Assembly: GCF_009914755.1 (NCBI RefSeq)
Contig: NC_060926.1
Length of the DNA stretch: 64,000 nucleotides
Source of the DNA: the human T2T-CHM13v2.0 reference genome, Homo sapiens
Strand: one strand, 5' to 3'
Of the stretch, positions 1 through 15,730 are shown piece by piece (the stretch's first letter is position 1; each line of letters begins with the position of its first letter). Position numbers and translations under genes: made by a program. The notes beneath the pieces were generated by a model. That model had not been told where the DNA came from and searched no databases. It saw nothing but the letters and a program-made list of their open reading frames with translations.

Positions 1-3166
<3,166 letters not shown>

Positions 3167-3214
3167 TTATTTTGCTCATTAGTTGATGCAGTTTCTACCT
3201 AGTCTTGATGACCT

Positions 3215-4230
3215 TTACATTTTGGCATGATTTTGCAGCGGCTGGTACTGGTTGTTCCTTTCCATGTTCAGCGCTTCCTTCAGGAGCTCTTTTAGGGCAG
3301 GCCTGGTGGTGACAAAATCTCTCAGCATTTGCTTGTCTGTAAAGTATTTTATTTCTCCCTCACTTACGAAGCTTAGTTTGGCTGGATATGAAATTCTGGG
3401 TTGAAAATTCTTTTCTTTAAGAATGTTGAATATTGGCCCCCACTCTCTTCTGGCTTGTAGGATTTCTGCCGAGAGATCTGCTGTTAGTCTGATGGGCTTC
3501 CCTTTGAGGGTAACCCGACCTTTCTCTCTGGCTGCCCTTAACATTTTTTCCTTCATTTCAACTTTGGTGAATCTGACAATTATGTGTCTTGGAGTTGCTC
3601 TTCTCGAGGAGTATCTTTGTGGCGTTCTCTGTATTTCCTGAATCTGAACGTTGGCCTGCCTTGCTAGATTGGGAAGTTCTCCTGGATAATATCCTGCAGA
3701 GTGTTTTCCAACTTGGTTCCATTCTCCCCATCACTTTCAGGTACACCAATCAGACATAGATTTGATCTTTTCACATAGTCCCATATTTCTTGGAGGCTTT
3801 GCTCATTTCTTTTTATTCTTTTTTCTCTAAACTTCCCTTCTCGCTTCATTTCATTCATTTCATCTTCCATTGCTGATACCCTTTCTTCCAGTTGATTGCA
3901 TCGGCTCCTGAGGCTTCTGCATTCTTCACGTAGTTCTTGAGCCTTGGTTTTCAGCTCCATCAGCTCCTGTAAGCACTTCTCTGTATTGGTTATTCTAGTT
4001 ATACATTCTTCTAAATTTTTTTCAAAGTTTTCAACTTCTTTGCCTTTGGTTTGAATGTCCTCCCGTAGCTCAGAGTAATATGATCGTCTGAAGCCTTCTT
4101 CTCTCAGCTCGTCAGAGTCATTCTCCATCCAGCTTTGTTCCGTTGCTGGTGAGGAACTGCGTTCCTTTGGAGGAGGAGAGGCGCTCTGCTTTTTAGAGTT
4201 TCCAGTTTTTCTGTTCTGTTTTTTCCCCAT
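3215..4230 (-). pseudogene. ORF1: L1 ORF1p broken by a single 1-bp frameshift near 3671
   Basis: Track ORFs 3664..4230 (N-terminal half) and 3215..3556 (C-terminal part, ending NHAKM) span 1016 nt versus the canonical 1017. The + strand reads GATTGGGAAG where GATTGGGGAAG is expected. Confidence 0.92.
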
Positions 4231-5134
4231 CTTTGTGGTTTTATCTACTTTTGGTCTTTGATGATGGTGATGTACAGGTGGGCTTTTGGTGTGGATGTCC
4301 TTTCTGTTAGTTAGTTTTCCTTCTAACAGACAGGACCCTCAGCTGCAGGTCTGTTGGAATATCCTGCCGTGTGAGGTGTCAGTGTGCTCCTGCTGGGGGG
4401 TGCCTCCCAGTTAGGCTGCTCAGGGGTCAGGGGTCAGGGACCCACTTGAGGAGGCAGTCTGCCCGTTCTCAGATCTCCAGCTGGGTGCTGGGAGAACCAC
4501 TGCTCTCTTCAAAGCTGTCAGACAGGGACATTTAAGTCTGCAGAGGTTACTGCTGTCTTTTTGTTTGTCTGTGCCCTGCCCCCAGAGGTGGAGCCTACAG
4601 AGGCAGGCCTCCTTGAGCTGTGGTGTGCTCCACCCAGTTGGAGCTTCCCGGCTGCTTTGTTTACCTAATCAAGCCTGGGTGATGGCGGGCGCCCCTCCCC
4701 CAGCCTCGCTGCCACCTTGCAGTTTGATCTCAGACTGCTGTGCTAGCAATCAGCAAGACTCCGTGGGCGTAGGACCCTCTGCGCCAGGTGCGGGATATAA
4801 TCTCGTGGTGCGCCGTTTTTTAAGCCCGTCGGAAAAGCGCAGTATTCGGGTGGGAGTGACCCGATTTTCCAGGTGCCCTCCGTCACCCCTTTCTTTGACT
4901 CAGAAAGGGAACTCCCTGACCCTTTGTGCTTCCCAAGTGAGGCAATGCCTCGCCCTGCTTCGGCTCGCACACGGTACGCGCACCCAGTGACCTGCGCCCA
5001 CTGTCTGGCACTCCCTAGTGAGATGAACCCGGTACCTCAGTTGCAAATGCAGAAATCACCCATCTTCTGAGTTGCTCACGCTGGGAGCTGTAGACCAGAG
5101 CTGTTTCTATTCGGCCATCTTGGCCCCTCCCCCC
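4231..5134 (-). promoter_or_regulatory. L1 5'UTR: internal sense promoter and antisense promoter; YY1 site at 5113-5122
   Basis: CpG-retaining 5'UTR. GGCCATCTTG is the reverse complement of the CAAGATGGCC YY1 element. Confidence 0.88.
4682..4990 (+). CDS. ORF0: L1 antisense ORF0, 102 aa, C-terminally extended
   Basis: ATG at 4682 gives MAGAPPPASLPPCSLISDCCASNQQDSVGVGP...RVGVTRFSRC, which matches ORF0p. It lies inside track ORF 4565..4990. Confidence 0.8.
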   Translation: MAGAPPPASLPPCSLISDCCASNQQDSVGVGPSAPGAGYNLVVRRFLSPSEKRSIRVGVTRFSRCPPSPLSLTQKGNSLTLCASQVRQCLALLRLAHGTRTQ

Positions 5135-5469
5135 TAGAAGAAAATTATGAAAAATGGACATATAAATAGAACTACGAATGCATAATATAGTTTATTTTAA
5201 AGTTTTAAGTGGCTTTAATATTTTTATTATATCCAGTTTCAGTAATTTAAATATTTTGAGCTAGTAGATATTTACTACATTTCACACTAGATTTATAAAC
5301 AATGATATAACGAACTGATTAATCTTATGAATAGGATGCCACTGATGTTTCATTGTATTCAACTACTATTTACCAAGAATCAGATATTGTACTAGGTTAA
5401 GGGAGCATAAAACTAAAACACCTACCATCACTGTTCTAATGTAATTTTCAAATTTATGTGGAAGTGTGT

Positions 5470-5606
5470 GTATACACTCATGTATGTATAAAATATACAC
5501 ATACATTATATAATGTATATGTAATATATATTATATATTATGTATAATATTTAATACATAGATAATATATAAATCATATATACTATCTAGAATACAAATA
5601 TATATT
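5470..5606. repeat. TA-rich low-complexity tract
   Basis: Degenerate (TA)n/(TATAA)n sequence. Confidence 0.8.
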
Positions 5607-5614
5607 AACCTCTA

Positions 5615-5739
5615 ATTATTTATTCAAAAAGATTTCACGAATACCTAGTATTTGCCAGCAAATATTCTAAGTGATAGAGAAACAATTATATTCAAGCCAT
5701 AAAAAGTTCTTCACGCAGCTGAAATTCAGTGAAGAAGAC
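5615..5739 (-). mobile_element. L2 3'-end fragment, probably continuing at 8025-8053 and 19318-19390
   Basis: TTATTCAAAAAGATTTCACGAATACCTAGTATTTGCCAG resembles the reversed L2 terminus. TCAGTGAAAGCTTCTT...TGAGTTGAGTCTTCAA after the ERV resembles the next L2 block. Confidence 0.5.
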
Positions 5740-8024
5740 TGATATGGTTTGGCTCTATGTCCCCACCACATCTCATCTTGAATTGTACTCCCATAATTCC
5801 CATGTGTTGTGGGCGGGACCCAATGGGAGATAATCGAATCATGGCTGAGGTTTCTCCCATACTGTTCTCTTGGTAGTTAATATGTCTTACGAAATCTGAT
5901 GGTTTGATAAGTAGAAAGCCGTTTCATTTAGCTTTCATTCTTTCTCTTGCCACTGCCATGTAAAAAGTGCCTTTTGCCTTCTGCCATGATTTTGAGGCCT
6001 TCCTAGCCACATGGAACTGTAAGTCCATTAAACCTCTTTCTTGTGTAAATTGCCCAGTCTCAAGTATGTCTTTATCAGCAGCATGAAAATGGACTAATAC
6101 AGTAAATTGGTACCAGAAGTGAGGTGCTACAGAAAAGATACCTGAAAATGTGGAAGTGACTTTGGAACGGGGTAACAGGCAGAGGTTGGAACAGTTTGGA
6201 GGGTTCAGAAGAAGACAGGAAAATATAGGAAAGTTTGGAACTTCCTAGAGACTTGTTGAATGGCTTTGCCAAAAATGTTGATAGTGATATGGACAATAAA
6301 CTCCAGGCTGAGTTGGTCTCAGATGGAAATGAGGAACTTGTTCGGAACTGGAGCAAAAGTGAGTCCTGTTATGTTTTAGCAAAGAGACTGGCAGCATTTT
6401 GCCCCTACCCTAGAAATTTATGGAATATTGAACTTGGAAGAGATGATTTAGGGTATCTGGAGGAAAAAAATTCTAAGCAGCAAAACATTCAAGAAGTGAC
6501 TTGGGTGCTGTTAAACGCATTCAGTTTTATAAGGGAAGCATGGCATAAAGTTCATAAAATTACCAGCCTGACAATGCAATAGAAAAGAAAATCCCATTTT
6601 CCGAGGAACAATTCAAGCCATCTACAGAAATTTGCATGAGCAATGGGGAGCTGAATGTTAATCCCCAAGACAATGGGGAAAATGTCTCCAGGGCATGTCA
6701 GAGGTCTTCATGACAGCCCCTCCCATCACAGGCCTGGAGGCCTAGAAGGAAAAATGGGTTTCATGGGCTGGCCCCACGGTTCCTGTGCTGCATGCAGTCT
6801 AGGGACTTGGTGCCCTCCATCCCATCTTCTCTTGGCTGAAAGGGGCCAAGGTACAGGTTGAGCTGTTGCTTCAAAGGATGGAAACTCCATGTCTTGACAC
6901 CTTCCACATGGTGTTGAGTCTGTGGGTGCACAGAAGTCAAGAATTGGGAACCTCTGCTTAAATTTCAGAAGATGTATGGAAATGCCTGGATGACCAGGCA
7001 GAAGTTTGCTACAGGGATGGGGTCCTCCTGGAGAAGCTCTGCTAGGGCAGCACAGAAGGAAAATGTGGAGTCAGAGCCCCTACACAGAGTCCCTACTGGG
7101 GCACCACCTAGTGAAGCTATGAGAAGAGGGCCACCATCTTCCAGACCTTAGAATGGTAGATACACCAACAGCTTGCACCATTCTCTTAGAAAAGCCACAG
7201 ACACTCAATACCAGCCCATGGAAGAAGTCAGGAAGGAGGCTGTACACTGCAAAGCCACAGAAGCAGAGCTGCCTAAGACCATGGGAACCCACCTCTTGCA
7301 TCAGTGTGACCTGGATATGAGACATGGAGTCAAGGGAGATCATTTTGGAGCTTTAAGTTTTGACTGCCCTGCTGGATTTTGGACATGCATGGGTCCTGTA
7401 GCCCCTTTGGTTCAGCCTATTCTTCTCATTTGGGATGGCTGTATTTACTGAATGCCCACACACCCATTGATCTAGGAAGTAACTAACTAGCTTTTGAATT
7501 TACAGGCTTATAGGCAGAAGGGACTTGCCTTGTCTCAGATGAGACTTTGGATTGTGGACTTTTGAGTTAATGCTGAAATGTGTTAAGACTTTGGAGGACT
7601 GTTGGGAAGGCATGATTGGTTTGGAAAGTTGAGAACATGAGATTTGGGAGCAGTCAGAGGCAGAATGGTATGGTTTAGCTCAGTATCCCCAACCAAATCT
7701 CATCTTGAGTTGTACTCCCGTAATTCCCACATGTGGGAGGGACCTGGTGGGAGATAACTGAATCATGGCTGAGGTTTCCCCCATACTGTTCTCATGGTAG
7801 TGAATAACTCTCATGAGATCTGATGGTTTCATACGGGGAAACTCGTTTTGCTTGGCTTTCATTGTCTCTCTTTCTGCCACCATGTAAGAGGTGCCTTTCA
7901 TCTTCCACCGTGATTGTTAGGCCTCCGTATCCATATGGAACTCTAAGTCCATAAACATCTTTGTTTTTTAAATTGCCCCATTCCAGGCATGTCTTTATCA
8001 GCAGTGTGAAAATGGACCAATACA
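5740..8024 (+). mobile_element. THE1B (ERVL-MaLR) full element: LTR 5740-6101, internal 6102-7665, LTR 7666-8024
   Basis: Two ~360-bp LTRs, TGATATGGTTTGG...GGACTAATACA. The ~1.56-kb internal region starts GTAAATTGGTACCAG. Confidence 0.92.
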
Positions 8025-8053
8025 GTGATCAAAAATAAACAGAAATGTTATGT

Positions 8054-8517
8054 TGTGAAAGAAAATATTTTGGGCCCCCAACACCACTAAGGAAAACTCA
8101 AGCTGGAAACTGCTTAAGGCAAAACTGCATTCCATTCTATTCAAAGTTATCCCTCTGCTCACTGAGATGGATGCATATCTGATTCCCTCCTTTCGAAAGG
8201 CTAATCAGAAACCCAAAAGAATGCAATGCAACCTTTTGTGTCTCACCTATCCGTGACCTGGAAGCTCCCTTCCGCTTCAAGTCTTCCTGCCTTTGCTTCA
8301 AGTTGTCCCGCCTTTCCAGGCAGAACCAATGTATTCTTACACATATTGATACATGTCTCATGTCTCCCTTAAAATGTATAAAACCAAGCTGTGCCCTGAA
8401 CACCTTTGGCACATGTCGTCAGGACTTCCTGGGGCTGTGTCACGGGTACGTCCTCAACCTTGGCAAAATAAACTTTCTAAATTGACTGAGACCTGTCTCA
8501 GAGTTGTTGAGTTCAAA
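8054..8517 (+). mobile_element. MER4A/MER4A1-type ERV1 5' LTR
   Basis: TGTGAAAGAAAATATTTTGGGCCCC...AATAAACTTTCTAAATTGACTGAGACC, with a second copy at 18871-19317. Confidence 0.88.
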
Positions 8518-10720
8518 ATTTGGTAACCATGGAGGGATTCTGAATGGAAATGCCCCTGACCTTTGACAAATCTTCTATCAGTGCTTGTTACCAGCATGAG
8601 CTAACTTTATGGCTCAAACCAATAGTACAAATTGCTAAGGGCTGAGAGCATCCCCTCCAGAGATCCTTTATCTCCCCAAATTTGGTCGAGATCTAAATTT
8701 TATTTTGCTGTACAACTGGTTTTTTGGTTTTTTTGGAGTTTTAATTGCCTCAACAAGGAAGGCAAGTTTTCCTGTTTCCATGAGGACGGACGGCAGGAAA
8801 TTCCTTTATGGAGTTTGAGCTTGCTTCCAACAGGAAAGATGAGATTTTTTTTTTCCCTGCTTCTAGGATGGTAGAGAGCAGTCTACAGCATGAGACCCAT
8901 CACTAGGTAACAAACTGGTGTGGCATACTGTCTTGCAAATTATTTCCAAATGACTGAAGTTAGCATTTAACAACCAGCTGGTGTTAATTTCTGATTACAT
9001 TTAGAATGCTCAGAAATTGTATAATTTGTGTGATCGTTGTTAGTTTTGCTTAACTGTTTTGTTGTTTATTTCTGCCCTGATCAAATCTGAAGGGGAACCC
9101 TAAATTATGGGAAACAAGGCCTCTGAAGTGGGAGGAAAATGGCCAACAAAAGGAAAACAATTGATTTTTAATATTAACTACCAAAGGGGCTTTATTTACA
9201 TAACAAGGCGACATTTTTGCCAGCAAGACCAAACTGAAAGAGCAATGGCCGTACTTCTGAAATAGCAGCATTTTGTCTTAGCTTAAATGTGGTGCTCAGT
9301 GGTTAAGAGTTAGCTTAATTAAAAGTCTAACATGCAAGATGTGTGTGTATGCATGTGTGTATGTTTGTATTTGAAAGGCCTTCGTGTTTTTGTTTTTTTG
9401 TTTGTTTTTCTTTCCTAATACCGTGTCTTTTTTTGAGCAATAGTTTTTTTCTTCTTCTTCTCAGTTGACTGAATTCTGTTTTCACCTGATTTTTTGACTA
9501 AAATAGTTATTGAAACAGAGGCTACTCTTGGGTTTTTAAGGAAGAGTATAGTTTAATTTTATGTTTTGGCCCCCTAAAAATTAAAGCATCTCTTTCTAGC
9601 ACCATGAAACTTTTTCTCTCTGTACCTTATGATATAAATTTTGCTGTTTGATTTTCATCTTAGTTGTTTCCTTTAATGTGAAAATTTAAGGCTATTTAGC
9701 TGAGAATTGCCAAGGTTTATAAAACAGGTTATCAAGAAGCTGAAAGTCTAAGATAGGGAAAAAAAGTGGCAGGGGGGATCTTTATAAATCTATACAATGT
9801 ACTTCTATTGGCATGCCTAATACAGCTTTTTATATATTTATGTCTTGTGTACACAATGATTCACTACAAAAAATATATAAAAGAGCTCTAATTAATTGGC
9901 TTAAAAAATAAAAGCACTCATATCAGGTACTAACAAAGAAAAGACTAGTCAAATGCTTTTTCAAGTTTATGTAAGTTAAGTAAAATCTTTAAAAAATAAG
10001 CTAGCTTTAAAATTTTTGGTAAAATAATATTAGAAATGTCTTAAGAATTGCCAGCCTACATTTTTGTTTGCATTTATTAATTAAGCAATTTCGTACTTAT
10101 CAATGTCAAATACTATAGGGTGTCAAAATTTGACGTAGGGGTTACAAAACTATAAACCCAGTCCCAAAGAGAATGATCTTTTCTTGTTTAATTTTTAATA
10201 AATAAGGCATTGATATGGGTTTAATGAAAATAGCTGCATCTTGAATGTAATAAGATTATCATAACTTCTAATCCTGTGGCTTTAGGCATTCTAGTCCACA
10301 GACAACAAGGAGCCTTGTTTTGGGAAAGAACTGTTATTGTCTTTGTTTCAAAGCTAAACTATAAAGTAAGTTTCTCTCAAAGTTAGTTCTCCCTATGCCC
10401 AGGAATGACCAAGGACAGGTTGTAGGTTAAGAGCAAGATGAAATCAGTTAGGTCAAATCTTTTTTCACTGTCTCTGTTATCATTTTGCAGTGCTGGTTTT
10501 ATAACATTAAATCATAGCTATCACAGTTTTCATAAATAACCTAGGTAAAAGATTAAAATAAAATAATTAGGTAAATGTAATGGGGTAAATACTTATAAAC
10601 AAATGGGTCATAATTTAGAATATAAAGTTCTATTAAATTAAATAATAGATATTTCATCATCTGTGTATTCTCCATTTAATATATATTATAGGAAAACATT
10701 CTTGCTAAAAAAAGATTGTT
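8518..10720 (+). mobile_element. MER4-group internal region, 5' part (non-coding)
   Basis: Follows the LTR and PBS. It is AT-rich with no gag/pol-like ORFs. Confidence 0.8.
8521..8538 (+). promoter_or_regulatory. Decayed primer-binding site
   Basis: TGGTAACCATGGAGGGAT lies 3 nt after the LTR and resembles the tRNA-Arg-type PBS TGGCGACCACGAAGGGAC. Confidence 0.6.
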
Positions 10721-13700
10721 GGGACTTACCAAGGTGGCTGAATAGGAACAGCTTCTGTCTGCAGCTCCCAGGGAGATGAATGCAGAAGGTGGGTGATTTC
10801 TGCATTTCCAACTGAGGTACCCAGCTCGTCTAATTGGGACTGGTTAGACAGTGGGAGCAGCCCACGAAGGGCAAGATGAAGCAGGGTGGGGCGTTGCCTC
10901 ACCTGGGAAAGGCAGGCGTTCGGGGTACTCCCTCCCCTAGCCAACGGAAGCTGTGATTGTCTATGCGGAGAAGAATGGTGCACTCTGGCCCGGATACTAT
11001 GCTTTTCCCATGGTCTTCACAACCCACAGACCAGGAGATTCCCTTGTGTGCCTACTTCACCAAGGCCCTGGGTTTCAAGCACAAAACTAGGTGGCTGTTT
11101 GGGCAGACACCAAACTAGCTGCAGAAATTTTTTTTCCATACACCAGTGGCACCTAGAACACCAGCAAGACAGAACCGTTCACTTCCCTGGAAAGAAGTCT
11201 GTAGCCAGGGAGCCAAGTGATCTAGCTCAGCAGATCCCACCCCCACAGAGCCCAGAAAGCTGAGATCCACTGGCTTGAAATTCTTGCTATGAGCACAGCA
11301 GTTTAAAGTTGACCTGGGACACTAGAGCTTGATGGGGGAGGGGTGTCCACCATTACTGAGGCCTGAGCAGGCGGTTTTCCCCTCACAGTGTAAACAAAGC
11401 CTTAGGAAAGTTCCAACTGGGCGGGGCCCTCTGCAGCTCAGCAAAGCCATTGCAGCCAGACTACCTCTCTAGATTCCTCCTCTCTGGGCAGGGCATCTCT
11501 GAAGAAAAGACAGCAGCTCCAGTCAGGGGCTTATGGATAAAACCTCCATTTCCCTGGGATAGTGCACCTGGGGAAAGGGGCTGCTGTGGGCACAGCTTCA
11601 GCAGACTTAAAAGTTCCTGGCTGTCAACTCTGAAGAGAGCAGCAGTTCTCCCAGCACAGTGCTGCAGCTCTGCTAAGGGACAGACTGCCTCCTCAAGTGG
11701 GTCCCTGACCCCTGTGCTGCCTGATGGGGAAGGGGAAGACACCTCATACAGGAGAGTGCCAGCTGGCATCTGGCGGGTGCCCCTCTGGGATGAAGCTTCC
11801 AGAGAAAAGAACAGGCAGCAACATTTGCTGTTCTGCAGCCTCTGCTGGTAATACCCAGGCAAACAGGGTCTGGAGTGGACCTCCAGCAAACTCCAACAGA
11901 CCTGCAGCAGAGGGGCCTGACTCTTAGAAGAAAAACTAACAAACAGAAAGGAAGAGCATCAACATCAACAAAAAAGACGTCCATGCAGAAACCCCATCTG
12001 AAGGTCGCCAACATCAAAGTTCAAAGGTAGATAAATCCACGAAGACGGGGAGAAAACAGAGCAGAAAGGCTGAAAAATCCAAAAGCAGAAGGCCTCTTCT
12101 CCTCCAAAGGATCACAACTGCTTTCCAGCAAGGGAACAAAACTGAACAGAGAACGAGTTTGATGAATTGACAGAAATAGGCTTCAGAAGGTGGGTAATAA
12201 TAAACTGCTCTGAACTAAAGGAGCATGTTTTAACCCAATGCAAGAAAGCTAAGAACCTTGAAAAACGGTTAGAGGAATTGCTAACTAGAATAACCAGTTT
12301 AGAGAAGAACGTAAATGACCTGATAGAACTGAAAAAACACAGCACAAGGACTTCGTAAAGCATACACAAGTATCAATAGCTGAATCAATCAAGTGGAAGA
12401 AAGGATGTCAGAGATTGAAGATCAACTTAATGAAATAAAATGTGAAGACAAGATTTAGAGAAAAAAGAACGAAAAAGGACAAATAAAGCCTCCAAGAAAT
12501 ATGGGACTATGTGAAAAGACCAAACCTAATTTTGATTGGTGTACTGAAAGTGAGGGGGAGAATGGAACCAATTTGGAAAACACTCTTCAGGATGTCATCC
12601 AGGAGAACTTCCCCAACCTAGCAAGACAGACCAACATTCAAATTCAGGAAATACAGAGAACAGTACAAAGATACTCCCCAAGAAGACCAACCCCAAGACA
12701 CATAATCATCAGATTCACCAAGGTTGAAATAAAGCAAAAAGTGTTAAGGGCAGCCAGAGAGAAAGGACAGGTTACCCACAAAGAGAAGCCCATCAGATGG
12801 CGGATCTCTCTGAAGAAACCCTACAAGCCAGAAGAGAGTGGGGACCAATATGCAACATTCTTAAAGAAAAGAATTTTCAACCCAGAATTTCATATCCAGC
12901 CAAACTAAGCTTCATAAATGAAGGAGAAATAAAATCCTTTACAGACAAGCAAATGCTGAGAGATTTTGTCACCAGCAGGCCTGCCTTACAAGAGCTCCTA
13001 AGGAAGCACTAAATATGGAAAGGGACATCCAGTAACAGCCACTGCAAAAACATACCAAATTGTAAAGACCATCAACACTATGAAGAAACTACATCAACTA
13101 ACAGGCAAGATAACCAGATAACAACATAATGACAGGATCAAATTCCAAGATAATAATATTAACATTAAGTGTAAATGGGCTAAATGCCCCAGTTAAAAGA
13201 CAAAGACTGGCAAATTGGATAAAGAGTCAAAACCCATCAGTGTGCTGTATTCAGGAGACCCATCTCACATGCAAAGACACACATAGGCTCAAAATAAAGG
13301 GATGGAGGAATAAATTTCCCAAGTAAATAGAAAGAAAAAAAAAAAAAAGCAGGAGTTGCAATCCCAGTCTCTGATAAGACAGACTTTAAACCAACAAAGA
13401 TCAAAAGAGACAAAGAAGAGCATTACATAATAATAAAGTGATCAATGCAACAAGAAAAGCTAACTAACCTAAATATATATGTACCCAATACAGGAGCACC
13501 CAGATTCATAAAGCAAGTTCTTGGAGACCTACAAAGAGACTTAGACTCCTACACAATAACAGTGGGAGACTTTAACACTGCACTGTCAATACTAGACAGA
13601 ACAATGAAACAGAAAATCAACAAGGATATTCAGTTCTTGAACTCAGCTGTGGATCAAGCAGACCTATAGACGTCTACAGAACTCTTCACCCCAAGTCAAC

Positions 13701-15730
13701 AAAATACACATTCTTCTCAGCACCACATCACACTTATTCTAAGGAAGTAAAGCACTCCTCAGCAACTGCAAAAGAACTGAAATAATAACAAACAGTCTCT
13801 CAGACCACACTGTGATCAAATTAGAACTGAGGATTAAGAAACTCATGCAAAACTGCACAACTACATGGAAACAGAACAACCTGCTCCTGAATGACTACTG
13901 GGGGATTAACAAAATGAAGGAAGAAATAAATAAGTTCTTTAAAACCAATGAGAACAAAGACACCACATATCAGAATCTCTGGGACACAGCTAAAGCAGTG
14001 TTTAGAGGGAAAGTTATAGTACTAAGTGCCAACAAGACAAAACAGGAAAGGTCTAAAATCGACACCTTAACATCACAATTAAAAGAACTAGAGAAGCAAG
14101 AGCAAACAAATTCAAAAGATAGCAGAAGACAAGAACTAACTAAGATCAGAGCAGAACTGAAGGAAATAGAGACATAAAAACCCCTTCAAAAAATCAATGA
14201 AGTGAGGAGCTGGTTTTTTTTAAAGATCAACAAAATGGATAGACCTCTAGCCAGACTAATAAAGAAGAAAAGAGAGAAGAATCAAATAGATGCAATAAAA
14301 ATGATTGATAAAGGGAATATCACCACTGATCCCACAGAAATACAAACTACCATGAGACAATACTATAAACCCCTCTATGCAAATAAACTAGAAAATGTAG
14401 AAGAAATGGATAAATTCCTGGACACATACACCCTCCCAAGATTAAACCAGAAAGAAGTCAAATCCCTGAATAGACTAATAACAAGATGTATAATTGAGGC
14501 AGTAATTAATAGCCTACCAACCAAAGTCCAGGACTGGATGGATTCACAGCCAAATTCTGCCAGATGTACAAAGAGGAGTTGGTACCATTCCTTCTGAAAC
14601 TATTCCAAACAATAGAAAAAGAGGGACTCCTCCCTAACTTATTTTATGAGGACAGCATCATCCTGATACCAAACCTGGCAGAGACACAACAAAAAAAGAA
14701 AATTTCAGGCCAATATGCCTGGTGAACATCAGTATGAAAATTCTCAATAAAATACTGGCAAACCGAATCCAGCAGCACATCAAAAAGCTTATCCACCATG
14801 ATCAAGTCGGCTTCATCCCTAGGATGCAAGGATGGTTCAACATATGCAAATCAGTAAACACAATCCATCACATAAACAGAACCAATGACAAAAGTCATGT
14901 GATTATCTCAATAGATGCAGAAAATGCCTTCGATAAAATTCAACACCCCTTTATGCTAAAAACTCTTAGTAAACTATGTATTGAGGGAACATGTCTCAAA
15001 ATAATAAGAGCTACTTATGAAAAACACACATCCAATATCATACTGAATAAGCCAAAACTGGAAGCATGCCCTTTGAAAACTGGCATAAGACAAGGATGCC
15101 CTATGTTACCACTTTGATTCAACATACTATTGGAAGTTCTGGTGAGGACAATCAGCAAAAGAAAAAAATAAAGGTATTAAAATAGGAAGACAGGAAGTCA
15201 AATTATCTCTGTTTGCATATGAAATGATTGTATATTTAGAAATCTCAATTGTCTCAGCCCAAAATCTCCTTAAGCTGATAAGCAACTTCAGCAAAGTCTC
15301 AGGATACAAAATCAATGTCCAAAAATCACAGGCATTCCTATACACCAATAATAGACAAACAGAGAGCAAAATCATGAGTGAACTCCCATTCACAATTACT
15401 ACAAAGAGAATACAATACCTAGGATACAACTTATAACAGATGTGAAGGACCTCTTCAAGGAGAACTACAAAACCCTGCTCAAAAAATAAGAGAGGACACA
15501 CACTAATGCAAAAACATTCCATGCTCATGGAGAGGAAGAATCAATGTTGTGAAAATGGCCATAGTTCCCAAAGGAATTTATAGATTTAATGCTATCCCCA
15601 TGAAGCTGCTGTTGACTTTCTTCACAGAATTAGAAAAAAAACTACTTTAAATTTCATTTGGAACCAAAAAAGAGCCCACATAGCCAAGACCATCCTAAGC
15701 AAAAAGAACAAAGCTGGAGGCATCATGCTA
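10721..15730 (+). mobile_element. LINE-1, L1PA7-type, 5'UTR to late ORF2, decayed, own 3' end absent
   Basis: ~1.3-kb 5'UTR of L1PA7 type. ORF1 start is ACG near 12045 and ORF2 ATG is at 13129. ORF1 and ORF2 are fragmented into many short track ORFs. Confidence 0.88.

Noticed and set aside
6075-7451. THE1B internal ORFs as an expressed protein
   Set aside because: They are short fragments of the decayed MaLR internal ORF, separated by stops and frameshifts.
12045-15730. L1PA7 ORF1/ORF2 as functional
   Set aside because: The ORF1 start codon is lost, there are many stops and frameshifts, and a deletion near 13742 removes the EN IDH motif.
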